Below, piece after piece: positions 18,681 to 28,625 of a stretch of DNA of 64,000 bases; the first letter of the stretch is position 1, and every line of letters begins with the position of its first letter. The stretch is taken from assembly GCA_945860565.1 (NCBI GenBank), contig CAMAQS010000001.1, positions 427-64,426 of the forward strand. Direction: 5' to 3'. The notes under the pieces are model-generated. The model saw only the letters and a program-made list of their open reading frames with translations, was not told where the DNA came from and made no database searches. Source of the stretch: Chitinophaga pinensis (GTDB lineage Bacteria > Bacteroidota > Bacteroidia > NS11-12g > UBA955). The position numbers were made by a program, and so were the translations under genes.

Positions 18681-21278
18681 ATGGAAGAAAACAATCTGCA
18701 ACCTGAAGAAATAAACGAAAGAATAATTTCAATCAATATTGAAGATGAAATGAAAACAGCATACATCGATTATTCGATGTCTGTTATTGTTTCACGCGCG
18801 TTACCCGATGTTCGTGATGGATTAAAACCAGTTCATCGTCGCGTATTGTATGGTATGGTTGATTTAGGATTGGCATCCAATCGCCCTTATAAAAAGTCTG
18901 CACGTATAGTTGGTGAAGTTCTTGGTAAATATCACCCACATGGTGATTCTTCCGTTTATGACGCTATGGTTAGAATGGCTCAAAGCTGGAGTTTAAGATA
19001 CCCTTTTGTTGATGGACAAGGTAATTTTGGTTCTATTGATGGTGATCCTCCAGCAGCTATGCGTTACACCGAAGCCAGACTAAGGAAAATCGCAGAAGAA
19101 ATGATGGTGGATATCGATAAAGAAACGGTAGATTTCCGACCTAATTTTGACGAGAGTCTTCAGGAACCAACCGTTATGCCAGGTAAAATTCCAAACTTAT
19201 TGTTGAACGGCGCTAGTGGTATTGCAGTTGGTATGGCAACAAATATGGCCCCTCACAATCTAGTCGAAATTTGTGATGCCATTAAATTGTACATCGATAA
19301 CAACGAAATAACCATTCCAGAACTTATGGAAGTGGTAAAAGGGCCAGATTTTCCAACAGGCGCGACAATTTATGGCGTTGAAGGAATTAAAGATGCTTTT
19401 GAAACTGGTAGAGGTAGAATCGTTATCCGAGGTAAAGCCGAAATAGAATTGACCAAAACGGGCAAAGAAATGATTGTTGTAACTGAAGTTCCTTATCAAG
19501 TTTCTCCGCCTCAAATAATTGTAAAAGCTGTTGATTTGGTTCATGAAAAAATCATTGACGGCATATCTGCAGTAAGAGACGAAAGTGGCAGACAAGGAAT
19601 GCGTATTGTTTTTGAATTGAAAAGAGACGCCATTCCAAATGTTGTTTTAAATCAATTGTATAAATATACACCTTTACAAAGTAGCTTCTCTGTAAACAAT
19701 ATCGCCCTGGTTTTTGGGAAACCAGAAATGCTCAACTTGAAAGATATGATTAGACATTATGTGAATCATAGACATCAGATTGTAGTTCGACGTACAGAAT
19801 ACTTATTGCGTGAAGCCCGAAAGAGAATTCACATTTTAGAAGGTTTAATCATTGCCCTAGATCACTTGGATGAAGTGATTGCCCTTATCCGTAAGAGCCA
19901 AACCCCAGATGAAGCAAAAAATGGTTTAATGTCTAACTTTGGTTTAAGTGAAATCCAGTCAAAAGCAATTTTAGAAATGCGTTTGCAACGTTTAACTGGA
20001 CTTGAAATCGATAAAATTAGAGAAGAATATAATGCTGTACTTAAAGAAATTCAATATTATGAAAGTATTTTAGGTGATGAAGGATTAAGAATGCAAATCA
20101 TCAAAGATGAAACTGCCGAAATCTCTCAAAAGTATGGCGATGAAAGAAGAACTAGAATCGAATACAACGCCGAAGAATTCAATATCGAAGATCTTATACC
20201 AAATGAAGAAGTTGTAATCACAATATCTCATAAAGGGTATATTAAAAGAACTGCTTTATCTGAATATAAAGAACAAAACAGAGGAGGTAGAGGCTTAAGA
20301 GGCGTTGCCCACCGTGATGAAGATTTTGTTGAACATTTATTTGTTGCAAGTACACACAACTATTTGTTGCTATTTACAGAACAAGGACGTTGCTTCTGGT
20401 TAAAAGTATATGAAATTCCCGAAGGTGCTAAAGCAACCAAAGGTAGACCAATTCAAAATTTGATAAATATCCCCTCAGATGATAAGATTAAAGCGTTTGT
20501 GAATGTTTTGAATCTGAAAGACCCTGAATATCTAGAGAACAATTTCATTATAATGGTTACCAAAAATGGTATCATCAAAAAAACATCCTTGGAAGCGTAT
20601 AGCAGACCAAGAGCAAATGGAATCAATGCCATTACAGTTAGAGACGGTGATGAACTTTTACAGGCAAGACTGACAGACGGTGAAAGTGAAATATTGTTGG
20701 CAAAACGTAAAGGAAAAGCCATTCGCTTTCCTGAACAAAAAGTAAGACCAATGGGTAGAACCGCTGCAGGTGTTAGAGGCGTAACTTTAGAAAGTGCCGA
20801 TGATGAGGTAATTGGCATGATTTGTGTTAATCCTAACGTAAGGACGTCAAATATATTGGTTGTTTCCGAAAAAGGATACGGTAAAAGATCTGATTTGGAC
20901 GATTACCGTGTAACTGGTAGAGGTGGTAAAGGGGTTAAAACAATCTCCATTACAGAGAAAACTGGTGATCTTGTGGGAATTATGGATGTAACCGATGAAG
21001 ATGGCTTAATGATTATTAATAAAAGTGGTATGACAATTAGAATGGCTGTAGATAAATTGAGAATTATGGGTAGAGCCACTCAAGGTGTCAAACTCATAAA
21101 TATCAAAGACAAAGACGCCATTGCGAGTATTGCCAAAACACCAAAAGAAGAAGACGAAGAAGAAATAATTTTAACAGATGAACCAACAGATATTTCTTCT
21201 GCTTCAACGGATGATACCACAACAGACGAAAATAACACAGATAATACCTCAACAGAAAGTACAGATAGCCCAACTTAA
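18681..21278 (+). CDS. gyrA: DNA gyrase subunit A
   Basis: The N-terminus contains [30 protein letters not shown], and the active-site region contains [10 protein letters not shown]. GyrA-box/beta-pinwheel repeats follow. The C-terminus is an acidic Thr/Asp-rich tail. Confidence 0.97.
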   Translation: MEENNLQPEEINERIISINIEDEMKTAYIDYSMSVIVSRALPDVRDGLKPVHRRVLYGMVDLGLASNRPYKKSARIVGEVLGKYHPHGDSSVYDAMVRMAQSWSLRYPFVDGQGNFGSIDGDPPAAMRYTEARLRKIAEEMMVDIDKETVDFRPNFDESLQEPTVMPGKIPNLLLNGASGIAVGMATNMAPHNLVEICDAIKLYIDNNEITIPELMEVVKGPDFPTGATIYGVEGIKDAFETGRGRIVIRGKAEIELTKTGKEMIVVTEVPYQVSPPQIIVKAVDLVHEKIIDGISAVRDESGRQGMRIVFELKRDAIPNVVLNQLYKYTPLQSSFSVNNIALVFGKPEMLNLKDMIRHYVNHRHQIVVRRTEYLLREARKRIHILEGLIIALDHLDEVIALIRKSQTPDEAKNGLMSNFGLSEIQSKAILEMRLQRLTGLEIDKIREEYNAVLKEIQYYESILGDEGLRMQIIKDETAEISQKYGDERRTRIEYNAEEFNIEDLIPNEEVVITISHKGYIKRTALSEYKEQNRGGRGLRGVAHRDEDFVEHLFVASTHNYLLLFTEQGRCFWLKVYEIPEGAKATKGRPIQNLINIPSDDKIKAFVNVLNLKDPEYLENNFIIMVTKNGIIKKTSLEAYSRPRANGINAITVRDGDELLQARLTDGESEILLAKRKGKAIRFPEQKVRPMGRTAAGVRGVTLESADDEVIGMICVNPNVRTSNILVVSEKGYGKRSDLDDYRVTGRGGKGVKTISITEKTGDLVGIMDVTDEDGLMIINKSGMTIRMAVDKLRIMGRATQGVKLINIKDKDAIASIAKTPKEEDEEEIILTDEPTDISSASTDDTTTDENNTDNTSTESTDSPT

Positions 21279-21288
21279 TAAACTAAAT

Positions 21289-22806
21289 ATGAAAAAGTTA
21301 AAAAACATATCCTTTTTTGTGGCAATGATGTTGTCACCTTCAATTTGGTCTCAAACACGTGCCATTAACTCAGCTGAATTTGCCCTAGAAAGCAATACCC
21401 CAGATGAATTGGTTATTGCAAAAGAAGAAATTGACAAAGCAAGTGTTCATGAAAAAACAATGAATGCGCCTAAAATGTACCTGGTAAAAGGCAAAGTGTA
21501 TCGTAAATTGTTTGAATTGAGAAACAACCCAATGATAGCCGCAGTTTATATGAAATCTGGATTAATAGCGGGTCAATCGATGATTGATTTTTACAATAGT
21601 CCTGGTAAAAAAAGTTCAGAACTAAATGACGAAGCTTCAATTGAAGTAGGCAGTGTTTTCGCAGCCATTTTTACCGAAGCCTCTATCTACAGTGAAAAAC
21701 TAACCAAAGTTAAGCCGGAACAAAAACCCTTTGTAAATGATACTTTGGTAATGTACAATAGAATTATGCTTGATTTATTTTCCAAATTAGATACCGGTAT
21801 TTTAAATCAACTGAAAGGTCAAAAAGTAGAACGTCCATATTTCGTAGAAAGATTGGCCTATTTTTCTTTAGGAAATTCTCAACCTACAAAAAGAATGGAA
21901 ATCCTCGAAAAATTGATGAACGAAGAAATGACATCTGCCATGGTTGTTGAGAGTTTTTCTAAAGAGAAAATGGCTTTAAAAGATACAATAGGAGCAAAGG
22001 ATGTAATCAAAAAAGCACTTGTAAAATCTAATTACAACAACGATATATTCAATGTTTTAGTGAACTATTACATCATTATCAATAAAGAAGATGCTTTAAT
22101 TGATGAAATCAACATGCAACTGAAAGAAAAGCCTACTTCTAAAAACTATTGGATAAGAGGTTATTTGAATGAACGTCAAAAAAATTACGATCAAGCTACA
22201 TTAGATTACAAAGAATCAAGAAGTTTAGACGAATTCAATTACGATGCAAATTGGAACTTAGCTGTGGCCTTAATGAAATATGAAAATAAGAAGTTGATTG
22301 ATTTAAAATCTAAAGCCACCGGCGATGAAAAAGCCAAAATTGAAAAACAACTTACCAGTAACTACGAAGAAGCCAAGAAGTATCTAGAATATGCATCTGA
22401 AAACTCTGCATATTCCAAAGAAGAACTCATTAATATTTCTAAAGCAACTAGAACTTGTTGCCTAGAACTAGGGAATAAAAACTGTGCGTCTGAACAAAGA
22501 GACAAAATTCGCTTATTAAATGGGTATACATTGCAAATTGGCGATAAATTCACTTATCGTGTAACAGGCGATGCAACGAACATGGAAATTTCCTACCAGA
22601 ACAAGCAAAATACAAACTCTACAGTGAGCAATATTAATGGCAATTTCGAAAAAGAATTTGACTATATCGACAAATCAGATATGTTAACACTCGCTATTAG
22701 AATATTAGGTGACGGATTTGCAAATGCTCAAATCTTAGTTAATGGGACAGTAGTAGCTGAAAAGGAAGCCGACGGTAAAGGTCAAACCATTTATTTGTCT
22801 TTTTAA
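21289..22806 (+). CDS. Hypothetical exported protein, helical-repeat/TPR-like
   Basis: I chose the ATG at 21289, which gives the signal peptide MKKLKNISFFVAMMLSPSIWSQ. The longer ORF from 21178 would overlap the gyrA tail. Many Flavobacteriia have a gene in this position just after gyrA. Function is unknown. Confidence 0.6.
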   Translation: MKKLKNISFFVAMMLSPSIWSQTRAINSAEFALESNTPDELVIAKEEIDKASVHEKTMNAPKMYLVKGKVYRKLFELRNNPMIAAVYMKSGLIAGQSMIDFYNSPGKKSSELNDEASIEVGSVFAAIFTEASIYSEKLTKVKPEQKPFVNDTLVMYNRIMLDLFSKLDTGILNQLKGQKVERPYFVERLAYFSLGNSQPTKRMEILEKLMNEEMTSAMVVESFSKEKMALKDTIGAKDVIKKALVKSNYNNDIFNVLVNYYIIINKEDALIDEINMQLKEKPTSKNYWIRGYLNERQKNYDQATLDYKESRSLDEFNYDANWNLAVALMKYENKKLIDLKSKATGDEKAKIEKQLTSNYEEAKKYLEYASENSAYSKEELINISKATRTCCLELGNKNCASEQRDKIRLLNGYTLQIGDKFTYRVTGDATNMEISYQNKQNTNSTVSNINGNFEKEFDYIDKSDMLTLAIRILGDGFANAQILVNGTVVAEKEADGKGQTIYLSF

Positions 22807-22830
22807 GACATTCAATTATTCAATCAGAAA

Positions 22831-22863
22831 GAGGCTGTCTTTAAAGGATAGCCTCTTTTTTTT
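22831..22863 (+). terminator. Rho-independent terminator after the 21289..22806 gene
   Basis: The 9-bp stem GAGGCTGTC/GATAGCCTC contains one G-U pair in the + transcript. The loop is TTTAAAG and a run of eight T follows. Confidence 0.7.
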
Positions 22864-23420
22864 GGGGGATGATTATTCTTGCCAAATTTCAAATAGTGCA
22901 GATTCGAGCTTATTTTTACAATCTAGGGACCGGCGGATTTGAAACAAACGAAATATGACAGAAATCCATAATTATATAACCTCCGGACTTTCAATTTCTA
23001 CAATATCATTTATTGCTGGTATAATCTGAAATTCTATATTAAAAGAATCATCGAATCATTACAATAGATTTACCAATTTAAACTTTATTCAAATTAAGAG
23101 AATTAACAATTTAATAGGAGCGTGGCTGGCTAAATGGATAGTGAAAAATACTCTAATGAAATATATAAAATAAAATTTAAAATTCAGTAAATCAATTGAA
23201 TTGGATGCATTACTTAAACTTAGTAAAGATATGTTGTAAGTAGAAATAAGTCATTTGATAGGTTTCATGTTTGTTTTCATCTTTTCAGTTATAGCATGAT
23301 TAAAAAACGACTGGGAATTGGATTTAATATTACTCGTGTTGAATGTGTTTGTGAAGATGAATACGGCTTTATGAGAACAACAAACTAAACGTCGTATCGA
23401 TAGAATTTCCGATAAAATAA

Positions 23421-23639
23421 ATGCATAGCTATTTTGCGATAAATAGATTAGTTAAAGACATAAATGGCAACGAATACCCTTTGTATTTCTATATGAACAT
23501 TAAATTAGTGCAATTTAAATTACGTAAAATATATAGGTCTTTTAAAGTAATATTGGTGCCATTGGAGGAACATTTGTATAGAATTATCCAACGCGGTAAT
23601 ATTTCTATAGGTATGCAATACGATAACCGATTACGTTAA
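23421..23639 (+). CDS. Orphan 72-aa ORF inside the ORF-poor island; coding status uncertain
   Basis: It is the only ORF of at least 60 aa on either strand between 22807 and 23881. I recognise no family. Its stop codon lies inside a strong + strand hairpin (23627..23657). Confidence 0.2.
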   Translation: MHSYFAINRLVKDINGNEYPLYFYMNIKLVQFKLRKIYRSFKVILVPLEEHLYRIIQRGNISIGMQYDNRLR

Positions 23640-23825
23640 AAAATTTAATGTAATTGGTCTAGAATGAAGGAGGATTATAGTTGTCAAGGATTGTTTTGAC
23701 AATTTCAATATGTTAAAGGTCGATTTTAAATGTTACTTATATAATGAATATTGAATTCAATATAGAATGGAACGGCACAAATGAAATATTCTATTTAACA
23801 TAATGTAAATTATGAAACAATTTAA

Positions 23826-23843
23826 TGGCCCTGAATAGGGCCA
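23826..23843 (-). terminator. Hairpin downstream of the 23882..27316 gene; possible terminator
   Basis: The GC-rich stem TGGCCCT/AGGGCCA has a 4-nt loop and lies 39 nt past the stop codon. The following U-tract is weak (TTAAATTGTTTC on the - strand). Confidence 0.4.
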
Positions 23844-23881
23844 CTAAATCTATGTTTTATATGATATGAATTCGTATCGCT

Positions 23882-26800
23882 CTATTCAACAACTATTGTA
23901 CCCAAATCTAAATGCTGATCATTGGTTTTCCCTCTTAAAAAATAAAATCCAGAATTTAATGAGCCAATATCTACCAATCTACTTTTTCCACCTTCTACAT
24001 TAAATACCTTTACCAATGTTCCATTTACATTGTAAATTTCAATTTCACCGGTAAACTTTGATTCCCAAGTAAAATTCCCGTCCTTAACAGGATTTGGAAA
24101 AACACGTCCATATTTGTTTAGATTGTTAAAGGTTATTCCAACCGAATTCAAAATAATTGTATTAGAAGTATCTCCATTACAACTACTGTTAATTAAAACG
24201 GCATTGTAACTACCCGTTAACGTTGCATGAAATATGAGACCTACGCCCATCTTAACTCCATTTCTAAACCAATTCACTTGCCCAATTCCTGGATAATTTG
24301 TTACGCGGAGTGTATCGTGTTTTTCGCTGATAATTAAGGTAATTGTTTTTAATCTTGTGGTAATTTCATTGCTGCTGTAGATTTTAGGAGTTGCGCATTT
24401 CAAATTACTTGAAGCTGTTGCATAAACCTTAAATCCATCATTTAATGGTGGCATGATGCGTATGTTTTTAGCTGTATCGTACTTTGCACCATTGTAATAC
24501 CATTGGTATTCTATTGAAACTGAATTCATAGATGTGTATTTATTAGATAAACTAAAATCTACCGTATCTTTCACACATGGTGATAACGAACTTGAATTTA
24601 TGTTTATCCCAATTGGAATGGTATCTGTTACAACAATAGATTTCGTAATGGAAGATTCTCCAGTAGGATTTACAACGGTTAAAGTTATATCGTATTTTGC
24701 AGATAGATTAAATCTAATAGACGGATTTGTAGATGTCGAATCAGTAGAATTTGTATATTTGAAACCATTGTTTGGAACAATTTTCCATGAATAAGTCTCA
24801 GGATCATTTATACTCAAATCGCTAAAATTAACAATTACATTATTACAAGGAAGGGTGTCAGAAATGCTAAAGTTAGCAATGGGTTCAGTTTTAATCCACG
24901 CATCACTTGTAAAAACTCCTCTCCCATGGGTTGCTGCCATTACCACACCATCCGATTTACGAATATTTAAACTGAGCGTTTTTACCGGTCCAACACCAGC
25001 ATTGCTGGTATACCAGCTTGGACTAGAAGCAAAAACGTTGTCTGTAACGTACATTCCCAATTCTGTACAAATCATAACTTGACCTTTTTTATAAGGATTT
25101 GACAAAATGCTCCAAACCGGCATATTGGGAAAATCTCCATCTTTTGCACTCCAGCTACTTCCTCCATTTGTGCTGATATATATGTTATTCAATCCATAAT
25201 TACTTAATGTTAAATACAAGGTATCTGCTGAACTATTCTGTGAATAAATACTTGAAATATTACCAGCATTAATTCCAGTAGAAACGTTTGTAAAGCTAGG
25301 AGTTGGAGCGGTGGCATTGTCGCTGTAATACACTTTGCCTAAGTCGGTTCCAATAAATAATCTATTTTTACCATTTCCCAGTTTAACAGAATGAAAAAAA
25401 CTTGCTGTCCCAGAATTGTTATCGCCAAAAGAAACAGTTTCAGCTGATGTTGCATCATTTGTTACCAAATTTCTGTAAATATTACCAGCGTCTTTGCCAC
25501 TAAATAGGTATTTATTGACATCATCCCAACCTGCCGGATTGATAAATTTCCCAGTATTGGCGTCGTTTAATATTTGTTTAAAAGAAGTCCAGCTATTGGT
25601 TGTAGCATAAAATTGATTGTATACATAAGATACTACTTGGGTCTTATCATCCGTTGGGCTAATAAAACAATATCCGCCATCACCGCCAGCAACTGTAAAA
25701 TCGTCATTTATTCCTTGCTTGCTGAAATATTGTGTCCCATTGTCTTGTGCTCCAGCTAGCATAATATTGCTCCCTTTGGTTTGAGACATAGTTCCAGCAT
25801 AAAACTGAGTAACGTAATATTCATTGTTGCTTTGAACAATTGCTTGATTCGAGTTCCACGCATCGTTAGTCACATCAGATGTATAAAATACCCCTCCGTC
25901 ACAACCAAATAAACATTGTTTACCATCTGAATTGTATGCAATTGCATGTTGATCTGCGTGAACATATGAACATTTAAGTGCTCTCAAGCCAGAATTTTCA
26001 CTCCATTTACTTAATTGCTTCCAAGAGCTACCTCCGTTTTGTGAAATAAACAGATCTATACCACCAACAATGACTTCTGAGGCATCCTTTGGATTTACAG
26101 CTAAAATCAAATCGTACCAAGCCTGATTTCTAGTGAAATCTGTTTTAGGAATGCCTGCATCTGCATCAATGGGTTTTACTACCGAAGACCAAGCACTGCC
26201 ATTATTCTCGGTTTTTATCAATGTATCCGCTTTGCCACTACCTTCAAAAACAGCATAAACCGTTCCTGAAGTTCCAGGTGCACAAGCAATCTCAACCCTT
26301 GAACGTTTGTTTGTGTGTTGATAGGCAACTGTAAAATTCGTTCCATCATCGGTGTAAAGAATTCTTCCACCACCATTATCCGAATTATTTCCTTCATTTA
26401 CACGTGTTCCAATCCATATTCTATTATCCTTATCCAATTCCAAGTCCGCCGCAGAATACCTATAATTTTGACTAGGGACTTTGGGCATTACATTCGAAAA
26501 TGAACCACCGCCATTTGAGCTTTTAAACAATCCCACACTGTTACCGTCTCCATGCCACTGTCCTGAAAAATAAAGGATATCCACAGCAGCATATAACACA
26601 CTTGCATTGTTTTCATTCCGCACAATAAGGTCATTCACATAATAAAAAGAAGATGTATTGCTTAGATGAGTAAATGTCTTTCCCGCGTCGGTGCTTTTAA
26701 AAATCCCCATCCCCCTAGAAGAAGAAGCAGTGGTTCCAAACCCCTCTCCCGTTCCAACATACATAATTTTCGAATCAATCGGGTCGAACGCAATACATGT

Positions 26801-27316
26801 TACCGCTAGATTTGACCATAAACTCGAAACGGAAACCCATTTACTCGCACTTGAAGTGATATCTTGGTTATACCAAAGTCCACCAGTAACACCACCAGCC
26901 CACACTTTCTTGCCTTGATTGTCGTTTGGGTCATACATAACAGCACGCGTTCTGCCCCCAGTGAAATTTGGACCACGTTGTTCCCAAGGAGCTGTACTTG
27001 CACCGGGATTTGTTCTTTTTAATACATTGTTATTGTTTTTTTTAGACTGTATTACTTCAACTAGAACTTCAGGTGTTGGACGTCCCAATTTTGGATCAAT
27101 GGTGGCCAAATAATCTTGTTTCCAATAATTCAATGGCGCCACAAGCTTAGACTTATCGTGCGATTTTACTGATTTTATATGTTTGTTGACTTGTTTTTGA
27201 GCCAGCTTGTAATTTTTCAAATATTGCTTATCCGAATATTCATCTGATTGAGATTGTAGTACCCATGGTAACAATATCATTGTCAACATGAGAATGGTCG
27301 ATTTTGTCTTTTGCAT
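23882..27316 (-). CDS. T9SS-sorted BNR/Asp-box beta-propeller protein with PKD-like domains
   Basis: I chose the start at 27316, which gives the signal peptide MQKTKSTILMLTMILLPWVLQSQ. Asp-box motifs recur (STDAGKTF, SSNGGGSF, SQNGGSSW, STNGGSSW). The C-terminal CTD reads FPNPVKDG…GFYFLRGKT…. Confidence 0.75.
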   Translation of the reverse strand: MQKTKSTILMLTMILLPWVLQSQSDEYSDKQYLKNYKLAQKQVNKHIKSVKSHDKSKLVAPLNYWKQDYLATIDPKLGRPTPEVLVEVIQSKKNNNNVLKRTNPGASTAPWEQRGPNFTGGRTRAVMYDPNDNQGKKVWAGGVTGGLWYNQDITSSASKWVSVSSLWSNLAVTCIAFDPIDSKIMYVGTGEGFGTTASSSRGMGIFKSTDAGKTFTHLSNTSSFYYVNDLIVRNENNASVLYAAVDILYFSGQWHGDGNSVGLFKSSNGGGSFSNVMPKVPSQNYRYSAADLELDKDNRIWIGTRVNEGNNSDNGGGRILYTDDGTNFTVAYQHTNKRSRVEIACAPGTSGTVYAVFEGSGKADTLIKTENNGSAWSSVVKPIDADAGIPKTDFTRNQAWYDLILAVNPKDASEVIVGGIDLFISQNGGSSWKQLSKWSENSGLRALKCSYVHADQHAIAYNSDGKQCLFGCDGGVFYTSDVTNDAWNSNQAIVQSNNEYYVTQFYAGTMSQTKGSNIMLAGAQDNGTQYFSKQGINDDFTVAGGDGGYCFISPTDDKTQVVSYVYNQFYATTNSWTSFKQILNDANTGKFINPAGWDDVNKYLFSGKDAGNIYRNLVTNDATSAETVSFGDNNSGTASFFHSVKLGNGKNRLFIGTDLGKVYYSDNATAPTPSFTNVSTGINAGNISSIYSQNSSADTLYLTLSNYGLNNIYISTNGGSSWSAKDGDFPNMPVWSILSNPYKKGQVMICTELGMYVTDNVFASSPSWYTSNAGVGPVKTLSLNIRKSDGVVMAATHGRGVFTSDAWIKTEPIANFSISDTLPCNNVIVNFSDLSINDPETYSWKIVPNNGFKYTNSTDSTSTNPSIRFNLSAKYDITLTVVNPTGESSITKSIVVTDTIPIGININSSSLSPCVKDTVDFSLSNKYTSMNSVSIEYQWYYNGAKYDTAKNIRIMPPLNDGFKVYATASSNLKCATPKIYSSNEITTRLKTITLIISEKHDTLRVTNYPGIGQVNWFRNGVKMGVGLIFHATLTGSYNAVLINSSCNGDTSNTIILNSVGITFNNLNKYGRVFPNPVKDGNFTWESKFTGEIEIYNVNGTLVKVFNVEGGKSRLVDIGSLNSGFYFLRGKTNDQHLDLGTIVVE

Positions 27317-27327
27317 ATTCTGTCTAA

Positions 27328-28485
27328 TTATTCTACCCATGATTTCCAGTATGTTCCATCTTCGCATTTTAAAGCTTCTTCTGTAATCATTAGAGGATAA
27401 AATGGATCTATCATTACCGCCAATTCACGGGTTTCTTTCTTACCTATACTTTTCTCTACTGTCCCAGGATGTGGTCCATGAGGGATGCCCTTTGGGTGTA
27501 GGGTTATCATTCCGCGTTCTACATGTTTTCTGCTCATAAAATCACCGTCCACGTAATACAAAATTTCATCCGAGTCTACATTGGAATGATTGTATGGTGC
27601 CGGAACTGAATCCGGATGATAATCGTAAAGTCTTGGTACGAAACTGCAAATCACGAAGTTTCTACCTTCAAATGTTTGATGAATTGGAGGCGGCATGTGC
27701 AATCTACCTGTTATTGGCTCGAAATTATGAATACTAAAGCCATAAGGATAACAATATCCATCCCAACCAACAGCATCAAAAGGATGGTTTTTGTAAGTAT
27801 ATGGATAAATATAACCCTGCTTTTTTATCATTACTTTGAATGATCCAATTTCATCGTGGGTAACCAGATTCTCAGGCAATTTAATGTCGCGTTCACAATA
27901 CGGCGAGTGTTCCAATAATTGTCCAAATGAGTTTTGATATCTTTTGGGGGGATAAATTGGGGTAAACGATTCGGTAATGAGCAGTCTATTGTTTTCAGTC
28001 TTAAACTCTAACAAATAGATTGTACCTCTTGGAATAACCAAATAGTCTCCATATTCAAAAGGAATTTCTCCATAAATCGTTAAAAGTCTCCCATCTCCTT
28101 CATGAATGAAAATCACCTCGTCACAATCTGCATTTTTGAAAAAATATTCCGACATGCTTTTCTTTGGGGCCGCTACTGATATAATTAAATCGGAATTAAC
28201 CAATAAAGCTTTTCTGCTTTTGATATAGTCGTCTTCTGGTGCAGTTTTAAAAGTTATGAAGCTTCTATTCTTCATATTCCTCGATTCCACTACTTTAGGT
28301 TCAACACTAAATGGTTCTCCAATATCCGTTACCAATGTTGGTGGGTAACAATGATAAACCAATGAATAGGTACTATTAAATCCTTCAGTGCTAATTAATT
28401 CCTCAGCATACAAATCTCCATTGTCTTTTCTAAATTGAGTGTGACGTTTTGCCGGAATCTTGCCTAATTTATAATAAAATGCCAT
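27328..28485 (-). CDS. hmgA: Homogentisate 1,2-dioxygenase
   Basis: The N-terminus MAFYYKLGKIPAKRHTQFRKDNGDLYAEELISTEGF and the ~385-aa length match the Bacteroidota form of HGD as I recall it. A cupin-like core is present. Confidence 0.8.
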   Translation of the reverse strand: MAFYYKLGKIPAKRHTQFRKDNGDLYAEELISTEGFNSTYSLVYHCYPPTLVTDIGEPFSVEPKVVESRNMKNRSFITFKTAPEDDYIKSRKALLVNSDLIISVAAPKKSMSEYFFKNADCDEVIFIHEGDGRLLTIYGEIPFEYGDYLVIPRGTIYLLEFKTENNRLLITESFTPIYPPKRYQNSFGQLLEHSPYCERDIKLPENLVTHDEIGSFKVMIKKQGYIYPYTYKNHPFDAVGWDGYCYPYGFSIHNFEPITGRLHMPPPIHQTFEGRNFVICSFVPRLYDYHPDSVPAPYNHSNVDSDEILYYVDGDFMSRKHVERGMITLHPKGIPHGPHPGTVEKSIGKKETRELAVMIDPFYPLMITEEALKCEDGTYWKSWVE

Positions 28486-28612
28486 AAATATTTATTTCTA
28501 CGAATATAATTGGATTTTATAAATTTATCTCAACCATTTCACACTTCAAAAATTCTAGATGATCTATCATCAAAATTCGACGACCTTCATCCCAATAGAC
28601 TGAGGTATTACT

Positions 28613-28620
28613 TACATTTG
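28613..28620 (+). promoter_or_regulatory. Bacteroidota -7 promoter box (TACATTTG), 5 nt upstream of the ATG at 28626
   Basis: Perfect TAnnTTTG match. The spacer is ttaat. Confidence 0.45.
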
Positions 28621-28625
28621 TTAAT

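Noticed and set aside
21140-21275. An acidic, Thr/Asp-rich C-terminal tail on GyrA (…[15 protein letters not shown]…[18 protein letters not shown]).
   Set aside because: Acidic C-terminal tails on GyrA are already known (for example in E. coli) and are variable low-complexity sequence. This is not a novel feature.
21178-21288. A longer version of the post-gyrA ORF, starting at 21178 and overlapping the gyrA 3' end by ~100 nt.
   Set aside because: The extension ([16 protein letters not shown]…) is an out-of-frame read of the repetitive acidic gyrA tail. The ATG at 21289 gives a proper signal peptide.
22864-22910. GGGGGATGATTATTC… just after the terminator superficially resembles a tmRNA 5' end (GGGGCUGAUU…).
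   Set aside because: No tRNA-like 3' end (GGTTCGAATCC…CCA) lies anywhere in the island. There is no tag reading frame and no acceptor-stem complement.
22981-22992. The minus strand reads GAAAGTCCGGAG, resembling the universally conserved GGAAAGUCCGG core of RNase P RNA, inside the ORF-poor island.
   Set aside because: The flanking sequence is AT-rich. It lacks the other conserved RNase P blocks (the GGUAAGAGC-like region and the ACAGAA…CGGCUUA region) and lacks any plausible P1-P4 pairing. A 10-mer match alone is not meaningful.
23664-23716. A perfect Shine-Dalgarno-like AAGGAGG (23667-23673) followed by TTG, and 11-codon ORFs.
   Set aside because: The peptides are only 11 aa. SD-led initiation is not the norm in Bacteroidota, and there is no supporting promoter. 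This is most likely coincidence.
23748-23763. A perfect 16-bp palindrome, ATATTGAATTCAATAT, and a 7-bp inverted repeat, TTGTCAA-N8-TTGACAA (23681-23702), in the island.
   Set aside because: By rough estimate, a few palindromes of this size are expected by chance in 64 kb of DNA this AT-rich. They do not recur elsewhere in the window and have no associated gene.
27317-27367. A longer start (27367) for the T9SS BNR protein, overlapping hmgA by 40 nt.
   Set aside because: The internal Met at 27316 is followed by a canonical signal peptide and removes the overlap. The upstream 17 codons look non-functional.
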